The notes under the pieces are model-generated. The model worked only from the letters and a program-made list of their open reading frames with translations. It was not told the DNA's origin and searched no databases. From sequence record LR756504.1: a stretch of DNA of 64,000 nt; one strand, given 5' to 3'. Shown here piece after piece: positions 31,024-40,111 of the stretch (the first letter of the stretch is position 1; each line of letters starts with the position of its first letter). The translations under genes were made by a program, and so were the position numbers.

Positions 31024-31258
31024 GAACAATATAACCAATATGTTGTAATAGTCTTACTAGACAAGACTCGAAATCTTTTTCACCACCTATATTTTTTTCT
31101 TGTAGTGTTTGTGGATAATAAAAATTATTTTTAGATTTAAAGTAGATTTTACCAATTTTAAGCCATTTTTCATCTTTAAAAATGTAAATATATTCAAACG
31201 AGTCTATATAGCACCCATATTTTTTACAAATAATGTTTAAATCTTTGTTTTTCATCAC
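31019..31258 (-). CDS. Hypothetical protein
   Basis: 79-aa ORF ending at the terminator. Confidence 0.5.
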   Translation of the reverse strand: MMKNKDLNIICKKYGCYIDSFEYIYIFKDEKWLKIGKIYFKSKNNFYYPQTLQEKNIGGEKDFESCLVRLLQHIGYIVQ

Positions 31259-31312
31259 ACCAGTAGAAATTCTTCATAAAATCAAGATATATATTAATAT
31301 TTCTTAAAATAA

Positions 31313-31343
31313 TTGTTTTTTATATAAAAAATTTATACCTTTG
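31313..31343 (+). promoter_or_regulatory. Bacteroidota-type housekeeping promoter
   Basis: TTG-N20-TACCTTTG. Confidence 0.65.
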
Positions 31344-31441
31344 TGTTAAATAAAACCATATTTGATACTCCGAATACAGACTTTTAGTCCGATGAGAAAT
31401 TAAAGAGGTAGTTTTAATATATAATAAAAATAGAATCGCAA

Positions 31442-33544
31442 ATGGATTTTAAAAAGACATTTATTAGTCTTACGCAGTGGACAATACCTCATGGATATGA
31501 GGAAAGTATTGCACATTTGCTACCTAAAGGAGTACAAAAAGACGGTATTGGTAATTATCATATTACCATTGGTGAAAATAGTAAAACATTGTTTACTTGT
31601 CATTTAGATACTGTTTCTAAAAGAGAGAAAATTCATCATGTTATTAGTGGTAATATTATTAAAACTAATGGTAAAACTATTTTAGGTGGTGACAATAAAG
31701 CTGGTGTATGTATTTTGATGTATCTAATTGAACAAAATGTTCCTGGTACATATTACTTCTTTGTTGGCGAAGAGTGTGGAACAATAGGTTCAAGATGGGC
31801 ATTACAAAATAATACTGAATTTTTTAAAGGATTTAAGAGAGCCGTTGCATATGATAGAAGAGAGCAAGGTTCAATTATTACATATCAAAGAGGTAGAAGA
31901 TGTTGTTCTGATGATTTTGCTAATGCTTTATCAATGGATTTTGCAAAAAATAGAATGGAATATCATATAGATCCCAATGGAGTTTATACGGATACTGCTG
32001 TATTTGTGAATGTAATACCAGAGTGTACTAATTTGTCTGCTGGTGTTGTTGGTGAGCATACTAATAGCGAACATGTAGATATTGAATATTGTGAAAGAGT
32101 AGCTAAAGCTTCTGTTAAAATAGATTGGGAAAATTTACCTGCTATTAGAGAAGCAAAAGAGGAAGATTATAGTAATTATTATAATAGAGGTAATTCACAA
32201 TTCAGAGGTGGTTATACTGTATATGATTACAGAAAGAGGAATGGATTACTTGGTAATAGTAAATGGAAAAAATCAAGAGATCCAGAAGAGGAGGAAGAAG
32301 AGGATGATGATTCGATATTAGCTAATGATGATCATTATCAAGCAACAGGTAGAAGAAATAATATTGTTAATAAACACTTTCATCTTGCAAATAATGAAGA
32401 AGAACATGATTGTGAACATTGTGATGGTGATGGTATACATTCATGTGAAAACTGTGATGGTATGGGTGTTATCGAATGTGATAATTGTGATGGTGTAGGT
32501 AGAAAATATACAGATAAAAATTGTAAAAAATGTAAAGGTGAAGGTACAGTTTTCAATGAAGTTTGTCCTGTGTGTGATGGAGAAGGATATGAATTTACAG
32601 ATTGTAAGAAATGTAAAGGTGTTGGTAATTTAGGTGAGTGTGAAATGTGTGATAGTACAGGAGATGTTGATTGTGTTTTTTGTAATGGCACTGGTATAGA
32701 ATTATTTAATGATGAAGAGGATGATGAAGTAGCTGGGTATGACGATGACGATGATTCTAGTGATTATTCAAGTAGAGGTGGTAGTTTTCTAAACGAAGAT
32801 CCAAATGATTATAATTGGAGAAGATGGAATAATAATGATAAAAATACTAAAAATGGAATTGAAAAATTTGATTCATTTTTAAATAGAAGTAATAAAAATG
32901 ATGGGCATACATCACTATATTCTGAAAATCTAATGGTTGTTAGACAACCAAATGGTTTATTTGGTGTATTTAATGAAAAAACTTCAAATTTTGAAAAATT
33001 TAATCTACTTGATGAAGAAGCACAAGAATTTTTAAATGACGAATTAGATATTTCAAATTTAATAATTCAACATATGATTCAGGCAGCAGTAAATGATAAA
33101 TTATCAAAAGAAAATTCTGAATTCCATAAATCGGATGATGGATTGGGTAGATGGAGATATTGTTTAAATGAACTTTCATCTAAAGTAGGTGGTGAAAATA
33201 TGGTTGAAGAAGCAATAGATGAAATTAAAAAATATATCCTAAAGCACGGTGAAAAAGTTGCAATGGATAAAAAGAAAACTCGTAGAGGTAATAAGAAGTC
33301 TACTAATAGAGAAAATGTTTATGAAAATTTCATAAAGGCTGAAAATAGAAGAGACTTCATTAATGCATTAAAAGGTAGTAGCTTAGAAGAATTTATTGAT
33401 GAAATGAAACATTTATCACCAAAATCTTTAAATATAACCCTAAATGTTATTCTAAACTTTGTTAAAGCAGAAGATTTAGAAAAAGACAAACCTGTCCATA
33501 TAATATTTAATATTTTTAAGAAACAAGTTGACGAATTAATCTAA
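31442..33544 (+). CDS. M20/M28-type metallopeptidase fused to eight CxxCxGxG-type zinc-finger repeats
   Basis: CHLDTV, LGGDNKAG, GEECG, YTD, GEHT; 8 CxxC motifs flanked by acidic tracts. Confidence 0.8.
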   Translation: MDFKKTFISLTQWTIPHGYEESIAHLLPKGVQKDGIGNYHITIGENSKTLFTCHLDTVSKREKIHHVISGNIIKTNGKTILGGDNKAGVCILMYLIEQNVPGTYYFFVGEECGTIGSRWALQNNTEFFKGFKRAVAYDRREQGSIITYQRGRRCCSDDFANALSMDFAKNRMEYHIDPNGVYTDTAVFVNVIPECTNLSAGVVGEHTNSEHVDIEYCERVAKASVKIDWENLPAIREAKEEDYSNYYNRGNSQFRGGYTVYDYRKRNGLLGNSKWKKSRDPEEEEEEDDDSILANDDHYQATGRRNNIVNKHFHLANNEEEHDCEHCDGDGIHSCENCDGMGVIECDNCDGVGRKYTDKNCKKCKGEGTVFNEVCPVCDGEGYEFTDCKKCKGVGNLGECEMCDSTGDVDCVFCNGTGIELFNDEEDDEVAGYDDDDDSSDYSSRGGSFLNEDPNDYNWRRWNNNDKNTKNGIEKFDSFLNRSNKNDGHTSLYSENLMVVRQPNGLFGVFNEKTSNFEKFNLLDEEAQEFLNDELDISNLIIQHMIQAAVNDKLSKENSEFHKSDDGLGRWRYCLNELSSKVGGENMVEEAIDEIKKYILKHGEKVAMDKKKTRRGNKKSTNRENVYENFIKAENRRDFINALKGSSLEEFIDEMKHLSPKSLNITLNVILNFVKAEDLEKDKPVHIIFNIFKKQVDELI

Positions 33545-33585
33545 AAACAAAAAAAGTGAGACTTTATTCCCACTTTTTTTGTTTT
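33544..33585 (+). terminator. Intrinsic terminator
   Basis: AAAAACAAAAAAAGTG...CACTTTTTTTGTTTT. Confidence 0.75.
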
Positions 33586-33608
33586 CTCTATATTTTTTGT
33601 TATATTTG
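33578..33608 (+). promoter_or_regulatory. Bacteroidota-type housekeeping promoter
   Basis: TTTG-N19-TATATTTG. Confidence 0.75.
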
Positions 33609-33641
33609 TAAACATTTCCTTTATAAAAGGATATAAGCATT

Positions 33642-34130
33642 ATGATAAAATTAAATCCAACGATTAAAATTTTGATTGGTCCGCCATGCAGCGGTAAAAC
33701 TTTTTACGTAAATAAAAATGCTTTATCTAACGAAGTAGTAATATCAAGAGATGCTATTATAATGGAATTACATCCCGATTTAAATTATACAGAAGCATAT
33801 AGAGTATGTAATCAGAAAGATGTTAATAGAATATTTAAAGAAAGATTTGACGAATGTGTAGCTAATGGGGTATCTATTATCATAGACAAAACTAATTTAA
33901 CTTCTAAAACAAGAAAAAAACTATTAGCTAAAGTCTCTGTTGATTATACTAAAATAGCGATACTATTTGATTGGGATAAGAAAATATTGTTAGAACGAAA
34001 TATTAAGAGAAATATAGAAGAAGGTAAATTTATATCTGATAAAGTATTTGAAGATATGATAAATTCTTTTGTACCTATAAAAGATATTGAAGGATTTGAC
34101 AAAGTTATATCTTTAAAAATAAGCAAATAA
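33642..34130 (+). CDS. P-loop kinase (AAA_33 / polynucleotide-kinase-like)
   Basis: IGPPCSGKT, ISRD, IIDKTNLTSKTRK, LERNIKR. Confidence 0.85.
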   Translation: MIKLNPTIKILIGPPCSGKTFYVNKNALSNEVVISRDAIIMELHPDLNYTEAYRVCNQKDVNRIFKERFDECVANGVSIIIDKTNLTSKTRKKLLAKVSVDYTKIAILFDWDKKILLERNIKRNIEEGKFISDKVFEDMINSFVPIKDIEGFDKVISLKISK

Positions 34131-34190
34131 AATATGTATGTCAAGTATATGAGAAAAAGGTAGATTAATAATTAGAACTATACTTGTGTG

Positions 34191-34439
34191 ATGGATGTTA
34201 AAAAAGGGGATACTATAATATGTAAAAAAGAATTTACATTAGCTGGTCATAATTTTATACTTAATCAAAAATATATTATTAAAGGTGATGGTATTATTGG
34301 TGGAAAGCGAGTACTTACTATTTCGATAAAAGGTGGAGAACGATATTTAGGAAGTTTACGTAATATTTATGAATCAACTTTAAATAATAATTTTGAAAAT
34401 AAATGGGATAAAAGAAAAAGAATTATTGATGAACTATAA
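34191..34439 (+). CDS. Hypothetical protein
   Basis: VKKGDTIICKK start; C-terminal KRKRIIDEL. Confidence 0.6.
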   Translation: MDVKKGDTIICKKEFTLAGHNFILNQKYIIKGDGIIGGKRVLTISIKGGERYLGSLRNIYESTLNNNFENKWDKRKRIIDEL

Positions 34440-34471
34440 CAAAGAACAATTTTAATCGTTATATATACTGT

Positions 34472-34561
34472 ATGAAACAAATAACAAAATATTAGCCTTT
34501 TTCAATTTTTAACTGAATACCCAATTCAGTAATGCTAATATATTGTATAATCAAAAAATAA
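34472..34561 (+). promoter_or_regulatory. Leader uORF MKQITKY-UAG with further in-frame UGA and UAA and a nested hairpin, upstream of the release factor gene
   Basis: ATG 34472, TAG 34493-95, TGA 34514-16, TAA 34559-61; stems 34489-96/34534-41 and 34512-18/34524-30. Confidence 0.5.
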
Positions 34562-34570
34562 TTTACAAAA

Positions 34571-35245
34571 ATGGAAAAGATAATTTTAGAAATTCGTCAA
34601 GCCGAAGGTGGTGATGATGCGAAACTACTTACAGAAGATATGGCTAATATTTATATCAAAGCATCCAATATTCAAAACTTCAAAGTTAAACCTATTGAGT
34701 GAAGAGATGGCTTCATAACACTTTCTGTTGAAGGTGAAGGCGTGAAGCAATATTTTTCAAATGAAAGCGGTATTCATTGTTGGAATAGAGTTCCTCCTAC
34801 AGAAAAAAGAGGAAGAATGCAAACTAGTTATGTATCAGTATCCATTTTATCTCAATATAAAAAAACGTTTAATATGAATTGTGATGATGTGAGAGTTCTT
34901 TATACAAAAGGCTCTGGTCCTGGGGGACAAGCAAAGAATAAATTAGAAACTTGTGTGGTATTAATGCACATTCCTACTAATATATCTGTTAGAATTGATG
35001 GTAGAAGTAGAGTTCATAATGAAAAAGAAGCTTGGAGAATATTAGAAGATAGATTAAAAAAAGTTCATAACAATATAGAAGATAGTATTGAAAACACTAA
35101 TAGGTTTGATCAAATTGGATATGGTAAAAGAGGTAATAAAAAAAGGAGTTATAAAGTAAAAGACAACTTAGTTATTGATCATGATACTAATAAGAAAATT
35201 CAATTAAAAGATATTCTTAAAGGTAGAATCGAACTTCTTAAATAA
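34571..35245 (+). CDS. prfA: RF1-like class I peptide chain release factor lacking domain 1, with in-frame TGA at codon 44
   Basis: MEKIILEIRQAEGGDDAKLL...KPIE*RDGF...NESGIHCWNRVPPTEKRGRMQTS (PxT motif)...GSGPGGQ; TGA at 34700-02 is in frame with the track ORF 34742-35245. Confidence 0.85.
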
Positions 35246-35308
35246 GATATTGCTTAATTTCTTTCAAAACAATGAAAATTAAAGATTTATCAAAAATGTT
35301 TAAAAATA

Positions 35309-35340
35309 TTTGCTTAATTAGAAAATACCTATTATATTTG
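35309..35340 (+). promoter_or_regulatory. Bacteroidota-type housekeeping promoter (telA)
   Basis: TTTG-N20-TATATTTG. Confidence 0.75.
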
Positions 35341-35367
35341 TAAAAAAGAAATAAACCGACATCATAT

Positions 35368-36492
35368 ATGAACTCAGAAAAATCATTAAAAACAGTAGAA
35401 ATTAATAAAGTAAAGCCAGAAGTTTTAGCGAAAGCTCAAAGTCTTGTCAAAACTATTGATATTTCTAAACAGGATAGTATTACTAACCTTGGATTAGAAA
35501 CTCAGCAAAAGTTGAGTTCTATGAATAATGCAATTCTTGATGAAGTTCGAACAAAAGATTCGGGTGAAGTAGGTAAAACTATTAATGAATTACTTACTCA
35601 AATCAATGCCATTGATGTTGATTTAAAACCAAGCCCACTTGCAAGCATTCCAATTATTGGAAGTTTTCTTGCTAAAATGTTTGATAAAGGAAAAGAAATT
35701 GTTTCTAAATATGAATCAGTTAAAACTAATATCAATGGTATAGTTTTAAAGCTTGATAAAAGTCGCTTAGGATTAAGAAAAGACAATAATAATTTTCAAA
35801 CTATGTTTGAAAAGAATGTTATAAACATTTCTGATTTGGATGCTGCTATTGTTGCAGGTAAAATGAAAGTTGAAGAATTGAGTGGTGTCGTAGCATCATT
35901 CAGTCCTGAAGATGGTATTGAGGATTATGAGAAAAAAGATACCGTTAACTTTTTGGATAGACTTGAAAAGAAAGTATATGACTTGCAATTAACAAGACAT
36001 ATTACTATTCAATCATTGCCTCAAATTAGATTGATTCAATCAAACAATCAATTGCTCGAAGATAAAATTTTAAGTTCAATTAACAATACCATTCCAATTT
36101 GGCAACAACAAATGGTTATTGGACTTGGTATTCAAAGACAAAAAAATGTGTTAGAAGTTGCTAAAAATATGGATGATGCAACAAATATAATGATTGTTAA
36201 AAATTCCGAGAATCTTAAATTTAACACAATTGAAGCTGCTAAAGCTAACGAGCGTGGAATTATTGACGTGGCTTCTTTGAAGAAAGTGAATGAAGATATA
36301 ATGTCCACTCTTGATGAACTAGTTAAAATTAAAGAAGATGGAAAGAAAGCAAGACAACAAGCTGAGGTAGAACTTTCAATGATTGAAAGTGAATTGAAAA
36401 ATAAAATCCTTACAATCAAACAAGGTACATCAGCAACAGATGTTGAACCAAATGTTAAAATTATCAATATAGACGAGCCAGAAAATGTCTAA
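35368..36492 (+). CDS. telA: Toxic anion resistance protein TelA family
   Basis: QDSITNLGLETQQKL, QSLPQIRLIQSNNQLL, NTIPIWQQQM, NERGIIDVASL. Confidence 0.9.
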   Translation: MNSEKSLKTVEINKVKPEVLAKAQSLVKTIDISKQDSITNLGLETQQKLSSMNNAILDEVRTKDSGEVGKTINELLTQINAIDVDLKPSPLASIPIIGSFLAKMFDKGKEIVSKYESVKTNINGIVLKLDKSRLGLRKDNNNFQTMFEKNVINISDLDAAIVAGKMKVEELSGVVASFSPEDGIEDYEKKDTVNFLDRLEKKVYDLQLTRHITIQSLPQIRLIQSNNQLLEDKILSSINNTIPIWQQQMVIGLGIQRQKNVLEVAKNMDDATNIMIVKNSENLKFNTIEAAKANERGIIDVASLKKVNEDIMSTLDELVKIKEDGKKARQQAEVELSMIESELKNKILTIKQGTSATDVEPNVKIINIDEPENV

Positions 36493-37444
36493 TCTTGTAA
36501 AAGTAAATAATAACAGAAATGCTTCATTGTGGAATCGCTTTACTAATTTCTTTTTACAAGTTTTTGGTATTTCTTCCGATGAAATTCAAACTGTTGTAAT
36601 AGAACCTGTGGACATGAGAAAAGAATATGTTAAAAGTAGTACGAAAAAAATCCGTACACTTTCTAACGTGTTGAAGTGTGATGAATTTGTTATAGGTGAA
36701 ACTGTAACAATAGAACAACCACAGTTATTGTTCAATGATATATTAAAAATTGTTAATAGTGTTCATTCAAGAATTGAAAGTGATATTAATATAATACCTG
36801 AGAAGTTAGAACAATTTCACATGTATTATACAGATAACTTAATAACTCTTCTCGCTCAATTAAAAAATATGAGAGAAGATATTAGAGAGGTTCATATAAA
36901 TTCAGAGCCATATGTAGCAAAAGCAATTAGTTATCGTGAAGCTCTTATAAATCAAGCATTAAAAAATAATGATGCTGTTATTAACGAAAGATATGGTGAT
37001 GTAATTGGTAAGAGAATGATCAAAGCGGAGAGAGAAGCTTTTCTTGCAACATTAGACAGACGAATATTCTACATTAAAAACAGTAAAGATGTTGAACGCT
37101 GTCCTATATTTTATTCAATGGGACATTTATATAAAGTGTTTATTGGTGGTGAAAATAATGAGTATGTAACCAAAAAACTTGTTATAAATGAAGGCTTTAA
37201 TATTAGAATAGAAGATGCTAAATATAATAATGATGATAATTTTGCTAATATTATATTAACTAAGCAAAAAATATGCAAAGTTGAATTTTTTAGTTTAACA
37301 CAAGAGCAATACGATTTGTTGGTTGAATTTAAAATAAAGATTGGTGAATATTATACTAACATGGATGGTAAGAAAGAAAAAATTAAATTAGAGATTGATA
37401 ATCTCAAATCAATCTTGAATACTGATATGTTAGATTTAGGTTAA
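36485..37444 (+). CDS. Hypothetical protein coupled to telA (possible XpaC-like partner)
   Basis: 8-nt overlap with telA; EKLEQFHMYYTDNLITLL recalls XpaC-type segments. Confidence 0.45.
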   Translation: MSNLVKVNNNRNASLWNRFTNFFLQVFGISSDEIQTVVIEPVDMRKEYVKSSTKKIRTLSNVLKCDEFVIGETVTIEQPQLLFNDILKIVNSVHSRIESDINIIPEKLEQFHMYYTDNLITLLAQLKNMREDIREVHINSEPYVAKAISYREALINQALKNNDAVINERYGDVIGKRMIKAEREAFLATLDRRIFYIKNSKDVERCPIFYSMGHLYKVFIGGENNEYVTKKLVINEGFNIRIEDAKYNNDDNFANIILTKQKICKVEFFSLTQEQYDLLVEFKIKIGEYYTNMDGKKEKIKLEIDNLKSILNTDMLDLG

Positions 37445-37446
37445 TT

Positions 37447-37824
37447 ATGAGAAGTAAAGTAGTAAAGCGAATATTATCAGAAGCTTCTATAAGTAACTCT
37501 AAAATTTTAGAAAAAGCCATTGTCGAACATAAAAAGAAATGGGATAGTGTGAATAGCATATTATCATTTTTTGGTGCAATATTATGGTTTTTTACAATTA
37601 TTGCATTATTTAAGATAAGTCCAATAATCGGCATAATTTTATTATTTTGGTCATTTTTGGGTATATTTTCTTTAAATTTTAATAATAGTAATACAATTAT
37701 TATATTACCACTTATTATATGGATGTTGATATTCGCATTAATATCATATTTGTTAATGAAAATAAATTATCCAACATTAGCAAAAATAAGAAAACAAAAA
37801 ATTAAAAAAGCTTCTAAAATTTAG
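37447..37824 (+). CDS. Multi-pass membrane protein
   Basis: Three hydrophobic helices. Confidence 0.7.
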   Translation: MRSKVVKRILSEASISNSKILEKAIVEHKKKWDSVNSILSFFGAILWFFTIIALFKISPIIGIILLFWSFLGIFSLNFNNSNTIIILPLIIWMLIFALISYLLMKINYPTLAKIRKQKIKKASKI

Positions 37825-37835
37825 AAGCTTTTTTT
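37804..37835. terminator. Bidirectional intrinsic terminator
   Basis: AAAAAAGCTTCTAAA / TTTAGAAGCTTTTTT. Confidence 0.8.
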
Positions 37836-37872
37836 GGTTTAGTATCGACTCTAATCAAGTTACCTACTTTTA

Positions 37873-38784
37873 TTATTTATCCATTCCTGCTTTAGGTTCT
37901 TCTAAATTGTTATGATATTCATGTTCCGCATCAGGATTAAGAATCATTTGTTTCCCTAATTCAAACCATGCTCGTGATAAATCTTTATCCATTTTATATA
38001 AAGATGTTGTGAGTGCGAATGGCGTATAATATATATTTAATGGAATATTTTTCTGGAAACATGCTAATTTTATTTCACTTTCATTTTCAATCGTTGTATT
38101 TCTTGACATCACTGTAATAGTTCTTAACATCACACCTAAAACACTCTTTGGTGTCCATTCAACATCACTCTCCGTTAATTCTATTTTCTCTGGTCGTGAG
38201 AATATAACATCTAGTGATTTTGATCCAGCTTCTAATGCCGCAATACCACCGACATGTTCTAGTGATCCACCATCAATATAATAATATTCACCTATTTTTA
38301 CAGTTTCAGTTGCAATAGGAATTGATGACGATGCAACAACCCATTTGATTGCCGTCTCATAGTCTACTTTAGTAATATCACAATATTCAATTCTAACTAA
38401 ATTAAGATTTACTGCACCTATTTTTACAATTTTACCAGAATTTTTCATTCTTTCGTGTTGCTCTGGTGTGTAATATTTTTTTAATAGTTTATCTAAAGAA
38501 TATTTACCTAAAGATTGTTTTCCTGAAATAACTCTGAATACCGCTTTAAGTGATATTTTACCATTATCTTTTGTTGGTTTAACTTCAAAGAAGTCGTCCT
38601 CGGTTGTATTCATAATAGCATTTTCTAAAATATCATAATCTTTAATTGCGATTAGTAATGCTATTATTGATCCTGCTGAAATACCAGTAATGACTTCGTA
38701 ATCATTTCGTTTCATGAGCTCTGTAGCTACAGAGCTCAAAAAACTGATCTTAGTTGATCCTCCTGATATAGCTAAACCTTTCAT
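37873..38784 (-). CDS. Patatin-like phospholipase
   Basis: ISGGSTK, GISAG nucleophile elbow, ASSSIP, YIDGG. Confidence 0.9.
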   Translation of the reverse strand: MKGLAISGGSTKISFLSSVATELMKRNDYEVITGISAGSIIALLIAIKDYDILENAIMNTTEDDFFEVKPTKDNGKISLKAVFRVISGKQSLGKYSLDKLLKKYYTPEQHERMKNSGKIVKIGAVNLNLVRIEYCDITKVDYETAIKWVVASSSIPIATETVKIGEYYYIDGGSLEHVGGIAALEAGSKSLDVIFSRPEKIELTESDVEWTPKSVLGVMLRTITVMSRNTTIENESEIKLACFQKNIPLNIYYTPFALTTSLYKMDKDLSRAWFELGKQMILNPDAEHEYHNNLEEPKAGMDK

Positions 38785-38976
38785 ATTTTATCGATAAATT
38801 AATTTATACTTTATATAATAAAAAATGAAAAAGTTTTAATATGGTAAAAAAAACAACAGAGGATTTTTTATTAGATGTTTTAAAAAATAAATATGACTAA
38901 ATTATATGCCAAATATTTTTCTTTATATTAAAAACTTATTTGAGCTTTACTTTATAATAGAAAAGAAATACAAAAT

Positions 38977-39525
38977 ATGATAGTTATACAGCTTATTGCG
39001 GGTCCAGGGACAGGAAAATCAACATTAGCACATTCTTTATTTTCAAAATTAAAGAAAAAAGGATTTAATGTAGAATTCGTCTTTGAAATAGCAAAAGAAA
39101 TGCTTTTCGAAGAAAATAGTGCTATAAAATATCAAATGCAAGTTTTTTCAGAACAGCTTTGGAAATTGAGATCAAAAGAAAGTAAAGTTGATATTATTGT
39201 AACTGATACATCTTTATTATTAGGATTAATATACTCAAGAGAAGAGAATCCACATTTTATACCTATGACAATATGGGAGTATAATCAATATCAAAATATG
39301 ACATATTTTTTAGAAAGAGAAGATTTAGTATATCAACCTCATGGTAGATTCCAAACAGAAGAACAAGCAAAAGAAATTGATACAACAGTATTAAATTTAC
39401 TAAAAGAACATAATATAGAATATAAATCAATAAAAAGAAAAGGTGCTAAAAAAACAATTCTCGATGATATTGAAAAAATTTTACAACCTACTTTAGAAAC
39501 TTTAAAAGATAATGTAACTGAATAA
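38977..39525 (+). CDS. NadR/Ttd14-type (AAA_28) P-loop kinase
   Basis: AGPGTGKST, EFVFEIAK, IVTDTSLLL, GRFQTEEQA. Confidence 0.8.
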   Translation: MIVIQLIAGPGTGKSTLAHSLFSKLKKKGFNVEFVFEIAKEMLFEENSAIKYQMQVFSEQLWKLRSKESKVDIIVTDTSLLLGLIYSREENPHFIPMTIWEYNQYQNMTYFLEREDLVYQPHGRFQTEEQAKEIDTTVLNLLKEHNIEYKSIKRKGAKKTILDDIEKILQPTLETLKDNVTE

Positions 39526-39528
39526 TAT

Positions 39529-40023
39529 ATGTTTCAATGTGTCCTTAAAACAGCGATAGATGATAACGACAAAATACAGTGGCAAGCATTGTATGTTGAT
39601 GGTAAAAAAGTATTAGAAAACTTTGAAATCGATATAGAGAAAGCTCTACCTATATTCACACCAGGTAACATTGATTATGATGTAGTAGATATGCGAGAAA
39701 ATGAATTTTCGGATATTGATAACTCGTTTCCATCAAATGAAGACTTTTATTATTTACTTGACTATAGAGACATTGAAGTTGGTTCTAAAGTATGGTTAGA
39801 AGATGGTGAGTGGGAAGTATCGGAAGTCGTTGGTGGTTATAGAGAAACTGGTGAGTATGAATATGTTGATTGGAAAGGGTTAACACCATATAAAAAAATG
39901 ATACGCTATTCAGGACATATTATAACAAGATTTAAAGTAAAAGGTAAAAATATAACTTTTGTATGGGAAGATTACAACTATCAACAATCTTATTTATACG
40001 AATATTTGAATTGTTTAAAATAA
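39529..40023 (+). CDS. Hypothetical protein
   Basis: 164-aa ORF. Confidence 0.6.
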   Translation: MFQCVLKTAIDDNDKIQWQALYVDGKKVLENFEIDIEKALPIFTPGNIDYDVVDMRENEFSDIDNSFPSNEDFYYLLDYRDIEVGSKVWLEDGEWEVSEVVGGYRETGEYEYVDWKGLTPYKKMIRYSGHIITRFKVKGKNITFVWEDYNYQQSYLYEYLNCLK

Positions 40024-40052
40024 AAAAGGGTGAATTAATTCACCCTTTTTTA
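40021..40052 (+). terminator. Intrinsic terminator
   Basis: TAAAAAAGGGTGAATTAATTCACCCTTTTTTA perfect palindrome. Confidence 0.85.
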
Positions 40053-40111
40053 TTAGTATAATTTAGGAGAATAGAAAGTAAATATATACTAAAAAGTAAA
40101 TAAAATTTTAA

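Noticed and set aside
31353-31415. Hammerhead-like element around GACT-TTT-AGTC-CGATGAG
   Set aside because: The core reads CCGATGA rather than CTGATGA, and no stem II plus GAAA could be built. An Infernal search would settle it.
34742-35245. 167-aa RF fragment starting at GTG, as given in the track
   Set aside because: RF homology extends 57 codons upstream to ATG 34571 through the TGA, so the GTG start is not the gene start.
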